Assembly (NCBI GenBank): GCA_977020255.1
Contig: CDROCS010001981.1
Coordinates: 434,001 to 498,000 of the forward strand
From: Obrimoposthia wandeli
Lineage: Eukaryota
DNA: 64,000 nt
Direction: 5' to 3'
Part shown: positions 60,164-64,000 of the stretch, in pieces
How positions within the stretch are numbered: the stretch's first letter is position 1
How the letters are laid out: each line of letters starts with the position of its first letter
Position numbers and translations under genes: made by a program
The notes under the pieces: generated by a model
Databases searched by the model: none
Told to the model about the DNA's origin: nothing
What the model saw: the letters and a program-made list of their open reading frames with translations, nothing else

Positions 60164-61310
60164 ATGGATTTACTTTGGACTTTTATTGAAAATAATGATT
60201 TAGCTATTGAAACATCAAAAGTTAGTTCACTTCTTAAATGTGCACTGTGTTCAACAATTATGAAGAAGTCTATGGTTACAACTTGTGGTTGTACGTTTTG
60301 TGACAGATGTATAAAGGACTACTTAGGAGAAGAGACGAAGCCGTGCCCAGCTTGTGTAAGGGACAATGTTTCTGCTAAAATTTCATATTATATCGACGTA
60401 TCACAATGTAAGAAGTCAAATAAAGAAATTGCAAGAAGCATAGTTAAATGTCCCCAAACTGGATGTGAGGTTAGGTGTCCACTGCAGTCGCTGCTGGAGC
60501 ATCTGCAGTCGTGCAATATGAGGAAGGAGGGCTGCATTTTGAAAAATATTGGATGCACGAGCACCAACATGAGTGGCGAAATGATGGAGAAGCATCTGAG
60601 AGATGAGTTGCAATTGCACTTTCAATTAGTGGGAGAACATTTTGGTGTTCTCGAGAATTTGATGGAATCTATGCAGTTTGAGCGCGCAGAAAAGGCGGAG
60701 AGATGTAACAATTTTGCTGAATTAGCAGCAACTGTTGAATCGGCAGTGATGGAGATCGGAGGAATGAGAATCGATAATTCTCAGATGCGCGAAAGGATTC
60801 AAGAGAACACAAAGGAGATCTGCGCTCTCAGGACAGAAATATTGCAAATCGGATCCAGTAATCATCGGAAGGACGAAGAAATTTGCCAACTGAATGAAGA
60901 GAATGCCAAATTGGGACGGCTGACTGAAGAGTGTAAAATACAAATCCACCGATTAAGAGAGGACAGTGTGATGACGAACGATACAATTGAGCGATTGCGG
61001 GATACAATGCAAAAGAGGACAACGTTGCTGGAGTCGCTGCAAACAAAGATCACATCTTCCATTGAACAATTGTTTCGAGAAATAGCCAAACTGGAGGGAG
61101 AGATTCAAATTCGAACAAAGGAAGTGATCAACATTAAAGTAGAGCTTGCTTGTTAACATTCCTTATTTCTGCTAGAAGGAGGAGAGCAAGAAAACAAGCA
61201 AAGGCGGTGATATTCAGGAGAGACAATTCCTCGGAGCGGCGGTAATTAATTCATCAGATATGTTACAACATGAAACCCCTTCATTCCTCGAAATTAGACA
61301 AAATCTGTAG
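60164..61310 (+). CDS. TRAF-like RING / TRAF zinc-finger / coiled-coil protein without a detectable MATH domain; two exons (60164-61138, 61176-61310)
   Basis: RING CALC...CGCTFCDRC...CPAC; TRAF-type fingers VKCPQTGC...LEHLQSC and GC...MEKHLRDELQLHFQLV; long heptad region. A 37-nt GT-AG phase-0 intron (61139-61175) removes the stop and adds 44 aa. Confidence 0.8.
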
Positions 61311-61999
61311 AACAATAAACTATTCAATTTTTTTGTTTAATGCATTTTGAGCATCCCCAAAGCATCTTCAACTGTCAAGTTATGGATGCGTATAGCCAAG
61401 AACTAATAACAATGCGTAAGATATAATAACTTGTATTTTTTGAAAATCCATCTCGTCAGGAGTTTGAGATATCCACATTATCAAAAACGCTTTTTTATGC
61501 AGAATATAATGATTTGACTTAGGTATGAAACAGGATTTTTAGTGTAAGCAATTAGTGGTTTAGCAAGATCAGTTACGAAAACATCAAATGCTCGTATTTG
61601 TTTCTCATATAATCCCTTGTCAAAAACGTTAGCCAAGATGTTTTAGCTTGTCGTACAAAGGGATTTAACTGGCCCAGAAGGGGCTCTAGACATCGGTATT
61701 TCATAATCTGTATCTGTTTAAATCAGTTTTCATATAAAAATGTCATGCTCAATATTTTCGCCGTCTTTTTTTGTGTTTTGTAAAAATAAAGTAAAATAGA
61801 AAACATAAATTCAATCAAAAAATCACAAATACACATGTAAGGATATACAATTAGAAAATGCGACAAACTATAATAGCTATTAAATGCAACTTTTATTTTC
61901 ATAACAAAACGAAATTGAATATAACTAATGATGATACGTTAGTTTAGCAAATGATCAATTCCTCTTCCCGACACAGTACGCACCTTTGTGTGGACCTGT

Positions 62000-63400
62000 T
62001 CCATCATCCTGTGGATAACATCAAAAGTTACATAATTTACTTTCTCAGGTACCTTTGGTGGATTTTGCTGCTGCCAATGTTAATAAACGTTTGTTGTGTG
62101 CCGTTTTTGCCTGATTCCCCACTTTCCGGAGAAGCTGTTTAGCCCTTCTTTCCACCATTGTCTGTGCCAATCTTACGAGGCGTGGGGAGATTTGCGTAAG
62201 CTTCAGCGATGACTCTATGCACTAGACTCGTTTCTAATCCCATCGACATAAAGTGGTCAACAGTGTAAACCTTGTGTTGTTCACGAGGGTTTCTATCCAC
62301 CTGCGTCAAAGACTGCATTTCATACAATGGCGCAGAAAATTTGCGACAGTTCAGGTCACATAGTACACAGACTCGTGTGCATTTCAGGTCACACATTTAT
62401 CATGACAGACCAATGGAAGTTGTCGCATTCTCTGGGCCTACAAGTCCATTTATATTACTTTATATTTGTCTCCATGCTTTAATAGATGCCAGCCTCATAA
62501 GTTCTTTAAGCGATGTATCAACTGTCAGATCATGTGGTTGTGGCTCACTGGCACTACTTGCTGGAATACATATGCATTTAAATCCATTCCCATGCAACAC
62601 TTTTAATAATGACTCATTACCATCAATGTCAACACAGCGTTTCCATCTTCTTTGACACCCATTGCACTCTTTGTTTGTCCAACGTATGCTGTCAGAATCT
62701 TGTTGACATCCATTGTTAGACCAGTGGCATTCTGTTCGATGAATATCCCAATCACAACCATTCGTCTACGTGGTTAAATACCTCCAGGTGGTGATGAATA
62801 ACCGGTTTCGGATGCTCCCTGTCACACTGTGATCTGTTTTCATTGTCATCTAAATCCTCTATAGGAGTTCGTTTGCATTCTTCCACACCCATCAACCAAA
62901 ATAACCAAGTGATTCCTCCAATAAAACTGTCTTATATCATTCAAAATCGTTTGTTAGTTTACGGGCAGCTTGTGTCCTGTCCAAGAAGAAGACATGCTAT
63001 CAGCTGTCAATGTTGATTTTATAAATACGTGTACAGTCGCTTGTAGAATCGTTTTATTTACTTCTCCACCGACATTGTTAGATTCGAATTCTGGATACTC
63101 AAGAGTCCGGTGTTTTTACATATGACGATTTTAGGCACTTTCGATTGGGGCTACAAACCCGGAGAGCCTACGATATCTTAAGAAAGATATAAACATTTTT
63201 ATTTAAGTATTTCAATCGCTACTTATTTATCATGCACCTTTGTGTTATCCTTTCTCCAATGTCTTCATTAAGTTTATTCAAATTCCCCCGTTCAGATGGA
63301 ATAAACTTTCTAATTGTGTTATTAATCATATTATGAGCCTTTTTGTTATCTGGGGACTGTCTTTGATTTGGATCTGGAACTAGTGGTTTATCTTTAGATG
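62000..63400 (-). mobile_element. Decayed Ty3/gypsy pol remnant (RT connection to integrase)
   Basis: PDPNQ...NMINNTIRKFIP (compare GMINY.RKFIP) near 63300; LMRLASIKAWRQI*SNINGLV (integrase zinc region); PTPRKIGTDNG and SGKWGIRQ (integrase core). Confidence 0.55.
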
Positions 63401-64000
63401 GAAATGTTTTTTTTTTCACCATCTCAAATTTTATATATACCTCTATCCATTTATAAACTGAAACATAGATCAACTTAAGTACATATTATTTATCTGATAC
63501 AAAAACCTGATAATTCAATTTCATAGAGAACTAAATACAAAAGATATTTTGTAATCCTAATTTTCGCGATTAAAAGCAATAAAATATTAAAAAAAGAAGT
63601 CATAATTAAACATCTTTGAATATGACTGTGTCGTAATCAAGACGCGAAACTATTGCTAAAACCTGTTTTCATTAGAGGAGAAATTTTCATTTCTTCTGCA
63701 ACCGCTCTGACATCTCGAAAACTTATATTTATGCTCAAGACTGGAGAAACAATCGAATATTTCCATAACGAGCATTTCATGTTTCAGTTGGACGTTTGTG
63801 TCGAGTTTGTCAAATTTATTAATATGTACCTTTTTTTCAACTCTTGATTAAATAATTGAATATTTTCTTCTACTCCCGATATTTCAGCTCATCAATTAAA
63901 TCGCTTACAACCAAAATTTAAACTAAGCCGTCAGAATTATATGCAAATTAAAGAAAAATGCTTTTACAGGTCTACATTTGATGAAGCTCCATTGGCTGTC

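Overview
AT-rich eukaryotic (animal) genomic DNA with very short spliceosomal introns (31-44 nt where I could delimit them). There is no rRNA and no CRISPR array. The window is mostly decayed and nested mobile elements, with two apparently intact host genes: a 5-finger C2H2 protein at 11.8-13.0 kb and a TRAF-like RING/zinc-finger/coiled-coil protein at 60.2-61.3 kb. The main theme is Polinton/Maverick (adintovirus-like) elements. At least eight AGTAG...CTACT termini from three sequence families are present, plus remnants of pPolB, retroviral-type integrase and packaging ATPase. One complete 2.2-kb non-coding mini-element has a perfect 6-bp TSD. The remnants carry unusual cargo: two spliced TBP-like genes sharing an intron position, an IAP (BIR+RING), a DEDD-like ORF, and a 4-exon disordered protein with SIM-like, acidic and AT-hook motifs next to a terminal repeat. 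Together these suggest a Polinton lineage with its own transcription module (inference). Also present: an in-frame intronless alpha-spectrin/ABCF chimera attached to a BEL/Pao 3' end; a gypsy-type element with 88-bp LTRs and no canonical PBS; four long LTR-like insertions with 4-bp TSDs whose shared frame holds different tandem arrays; and gypsy, BEL, mariner and pogo-like fragments. All protein identifications come from motif recognition by eye, not database searches. Boundaries of decayed remnants are approximate.
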